From: Eledone cirrhosa
Taxonomy: Eukaryota
Assembly (NCBI GenBank): GCA_964016885.1
Contig: OZ024751.1
Span: forward strand, 12,152,001-12,216,000
Direction of reading: 5' to 3'
Length of the DNA stretch: 64,000 nt
This document shows, one piece after another, positions 60,142 to 64,000 of the stretch; positions within the stretch are counted from its first letter, which is position 1, and each line of letters starts with the position of its first letter. Under the pieces are notes generated by a model. That model had not been told where the DNA came from. It made no database searches and saw only the letters and a program-made list of their open reading frames with translations. Made by a program: the position numbers and the translations under genes.

Positions 60142-60213
60142 TCCTGATGATTTGAGATTTCTCGCAATACACTACTCGGAGTATGGTTATTTACTCAATG
60201 AAACTGCAGTAGG
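60142..60213 (+). ncRNA. Hammerhead core with palindromic helix III and eroded helix I
   Basis: CTGATGA-t.ttgag...ctcaa.t-GAAA-CTGCAG-TA; only 2 bp of helix I remain. Confidence 0.55.
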
Positions 60214-60725
60214 CATATTAAGTTATCTTGTTGGCCTTTCCCAGATATGATTATATATATATACCTATAGTTCAATTTCAAAAACGAAATATATGTATAA
60301 CTCTCCCGTCTACCTGTTATCGTGCGTTTGTAATGTTTTTTTAAAATATTTACTCATGCGGGCGCAGATTGATTTTTTTTTTTAGAGGAAGGGAAGAAGA
60401 ACAAGACCAAGAAAAAGAAAACGGGGGATGAGAAGAAGAAAAAAAAAGGAAAAGGAGGAGGAAAAGAAGAACAGGTGACATTTCATGGGAGGTTTTGGGG
60501 GAGTTTTAGTGATAGAATTCCTTGACATCATGAAAAGCAAAGGGGAAATAAATAGACTTTCTCGGGGATACAACGTGTCAATCGAGGCCAGGAATCGAAC
60601 CCAATGCATTATGATAATGAGTTGTAGAGCACCACTAACTTCTAAACCATGTGACTAGGAAGCTAGGTAAGCAGCGATTCTTTGCTTAAACTTTAATCTG
60701 TTCTTATAATAAATATTTGGTCTAC

Positions 60726-60778
<53 letters not shown>

Positions 60779-60906
60779 AAAGTTTTATTTAAGATTGTTG
60801 GGTTACAACGAGTAAATATGTTATAACTGATATAAAAGCACTCAACAGTTTCTGGAGTAGGTTTACGATATTAAACAAATGGAAACTATATTTATAAAAC
60901 CATATT

Positions 60907-60972
60907 TATTTCGTTATATATATTTCAGGGATATCATATTAAACATATGGTATGCCTTCCTCAGACAAAATA
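60907..60972 (-). ncRNA. Minimal type I hammerhead ribozyme, intact core
   Basis: tattttgt-CTGAGGA-aggcataccatatgtttaatatgatatccct-GAAA-TATATA-TA-acgaaata; A-T>G-C compensatory change in helix I relative to the 3.2-kb and 20.2-kb copies. Confidence 0.82.
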
Positions 60973-61109
60973 CAATACATAAGCTGTTTTATAAATATTT
61001 TTTGACATACCTTTTAAATAATGTAACTTCCATTTAAAAACTTTTTAAATGGAAGTTGCATTATTTAAAAGGTATGTCAAAAATTATTTATAAAACAGCT
61101 TATGTATTG

Positions 61110-61175
61110 TATTTTGTCTGAGAAAGGCATACCATATTTTTAATATGATATCCCTGAAATATATATAACGAAATA
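61110..61175 (+). ncRNA. Hammerhead motif with G8>A mutation (probably inactive)
   Basis: Mirror copy of 60907-60972 reading CTGAGAA. Confidence 0.65.
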
Positions 61176-61810
61176 AATATGGTTTTATAAATATAGTTTC
61201 CATTTGTTTAATATCGTATATATATATATATAACAAGTAAATATGTTTTGAATGTGATGTGTTGGTGTAAATGGCAGCACAGTAGTATATATTTTAGTAT
61301 AAGGATTCCACTTCGCAGCTGGAACAACAAAATTTCGCACCACTCATATATACATAGGTATATACATAATATATATACAATATGTATATACTTAATATAT
61401 ATACAATATGTATATACATAATATATATACAATATGTATATATATATGTATATATATATACACACATATTTACACGTGCTTGATACTCTACACAGGTGAG
61501 TATGTGTGCGTATATATATATATATATTTATTTACAGGTGCTTCATACTGTATACTAGAGAGCGTATATGCATATGTGTGTAAGTGTGAGTGTGTAGTGG
61601 AGAATTATTTTCAGTTTCATTCGTATTCTCTTTTCTCACTATCTCTATCTTCCGATGAAAAACTAGAGTCCAAAATGTTAAGACATATTTCCTATCACAT
61701 TAAGCCTTAAACTAATATATATCAGATTTGCTCTGTATCGTTTTGTAACATTATTTTTCGTTTTTCACTTTTCACACACACGCATACACAAACACGTGTA
61801 TATATATATA

Positions 61811-61868
<58 letters not shown>

Positions 61869-62162
61869 TGTGTGTGTGTGTGTATTCATGGCTATTTCTA
61901 TGTACACATGTGTGTATTTATGTAAGGGTTAGTGTATGTATGTTTGTCTCTTTGCCTGTAGCTATGTTAGTAGACAGAACACAAAAGTTTTTAGTTGAAT
62001 GGATGGTGACGATGCTTCTAAGTTTAGGATGTAAGACTATGCTAAATGTTGTGAAAGAGAAAAGGGATTTGATAGCTAGAGAGGAACAGAGAGTAAGATA
62101 TAAATAGATAGAGATATAGAGAGTGATAAATGTATGTATATATATATAGATATAGATATATC

Positions 62163-62258
<96 letters not shown>

Positions 62259-62808
62259 ATGGATAGAGAGGTCAGTTACTCGAATTAAGAGAAATGGTGT
62301 TAGAAGAGTAGGTTTGGAGGAGAGGGAAGAGATACTGTGTAATATTTGAAGGGAAAAGATACATTAAAGAGTTGAGAGAGATAGAGAGAGAGAGAATGTG
62401 AGACAAAGTTGAATTCATGAGATACTGCGATTCAGAAATGGAAAGATATAGAGTGGGATAGAGAGAAATGATGGAGGTAACATTAGAAAGAATTGGTGGA
62501 GATAGTAATTGAGATACATAAAGTGTGAGAGTAATGGAGAGTCATAAAGCGTGTGAGAGAAAGAGAGGAGAGTTCACATATTTAAGGTCGGTTAGTTGCA
62601 GGAGAGAAATGCCTTTTAGAAAAGTGATGACCTGGTCAACCTCTCTCACATGCTGTTGGTGACATGAATACTTATCAAACATCAGCAGTGGTGACGGTTT
62701 CACAAAGGAAAAAGAGAGAAGCACGCAATTTTTCAATTCATACGCCATTTTGTTTCGAAGTTATTGGGGGATTAATAGAGTCATAGGAGCAAGAGGGCGA
62801 GCCTAGAT

Positions 62809-62857
<49 letters not shown>

Positions 62858-63222
62858 GAGGGGGGGAGTATGATATAAAGAATGTCTAAGACAGAGCTAG
62901 AGAAAGAAAATTAATGCTAAGAGTCAGCTGAAGAAGTAGAAAGAAAGACCAAGTTATTCATAAATATATTTGTTTGTTTGTGTAAGAATTACGAATGTGA
63001 AAGAGAAAACTAGATAAAATTCAATAAAAAAGAAAGAAAGATATAGTAAAAGAATAAGAAACTTTGTGATGATGCATCTTTTAAATACTTTTATAACAAT
63101 GTACTTTTTTGAAAAATTATTTCAACCAAATTCTTACAAGATTTTTCATAGTATTCACTGTAGCCTGGATATCTGAATATTTATATATCTACGAGTATAA
63201 ACTCTGCTTCGAAAGATTAAGA

Positions 63223-63315
63223 CGCATCTGAGGATCTTGCGATTTCACAGTCAGTTTCGATCATCGCATCGATCTGGCCTCGGGCTGGTCGCCAGAGAAA
63301 CGATTGTAATATGTG
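63223..63315 (+). ncRNA. Hammerhead motif with extended loop II
   Basis: cgcat-CTGAGGA-tcttgcga[46 nt]tcgccaga-GAAA-CGATTG-TA-atatgtg; near-palindromic helix III; helix I imperfect. Confidence 0.55.
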
Positions 63316-63528
63316 TAATAAATTTTAATTCGTCACACCACTGACTCTCCGTTTCTTATGTGATATTATACTCTGCTCTGTAAGAGCATCAAGTGCTCAA
63401 ACGGCCTACCGCATACGGAGGCTTTAAGCATCACACACCAATTATATATATATGTATATATATATATATTCTTTCCCTAATCTTCTCACACTACTCTTAC
63501 GTGTATCTGTTCTCTCCTTTTTCAAAAT

Positions 63529-63561
63529 TTCCGGAAGAAGACTTCTGTCCGAAACGTTGAA
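63529..63561 (+). ncRNA. Degenerate ultra-minimal HHR-like motif
   Basis: ttc-CGGAAGA-a.gac.ttct.gtc.c-GAAA-cg-TT-gaa; U4>G; AACGTT palindrome. Confidence 0.4.
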
Positions 63562-63781
63562 CCTCCACCACTACCACCAAGGATGTCACGTAACTTAATA
63601 TCTTAATTCCTACAACTCTCCCAAAAGAGTCAGTGGTCAAGAAATATCTATCGATACTTATCTATTTATCTACATGTCTTTATATTCATCTATTCCAGAA
63701 ATTCTGCTTGTAATGACTGCGTATGAAACATATGTACGTACACACATATAACTCAATGTATATAGATCCACACATACAATA

Positions 63782-63849
<68 letters not shown>

Positions 63850-64000
63850 ACGCTGCGCGCGCATGCAGGCATGCAAATATATTTACGTAGTAATGTTGTC
63901 TAAATTCCAGTGAAAATCTTGTCTCTATCAGAAACAGTCTCTCTCTCTCTCTCTGTCTCTATTAGTAAAAATTTATAAAATAGAGGAGCATATATACACA

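Larger units (their letters stand above)
60790..61218. mobile_element. Penelope-like pLTR family A; 355-bp near-perfect palindrome (60864-61218, centre 61041)
   Basis: 177-bp arms with a 1-nt spacer and only a few mismatches; tail homologous to 2995-3070; (TA)n on both sides. Confidence 0.8.

Overview
Eukaryotic, very repeat-rich DNA with no recognisable intact host gene. The tRNA-derived Nin-domain SINEs, RTE/CR1 LINE fragments and very long (TA)n/(GGT)n/(GATA)n tracts suggest an octopus/cephalopod genome (inference from repeat content). Almost all supplied ORFs are translations of microsatellites. The main signal is a dense population of type I hammerhead ribozyme (HHR) motifs, about 15 loci from several unrelated sequence families. 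Roughly half keep an intact CUGANGA/GAAA core; the rest are mutated, truncated or interrupted. Many have a minimal helix III that is a 6-nt palindrome changing between families (TATATA, TGCGCA, TGATCA, CAATTG, CTGCAG). They sit in Penelope-like pseudo-LTR fragments, often as long inverted pairs next to (TA)n, and a Penelope GIY-YIG endonuclease relic lies at 40.2-41.2 kb. One HHR is split by a complete non-autonomous Helitron. Also present: two L1/Tx1-like 3' ends embedded in (GATA)n, a duplicated RTE deletion derivative in (TA)n, an RTE RT fragment with an inserted PHD finger, hAT-, mariner- and pogo-type MITEs, and a variant-telomere array. All structures were folded by eye; no activity or database match has been tested.
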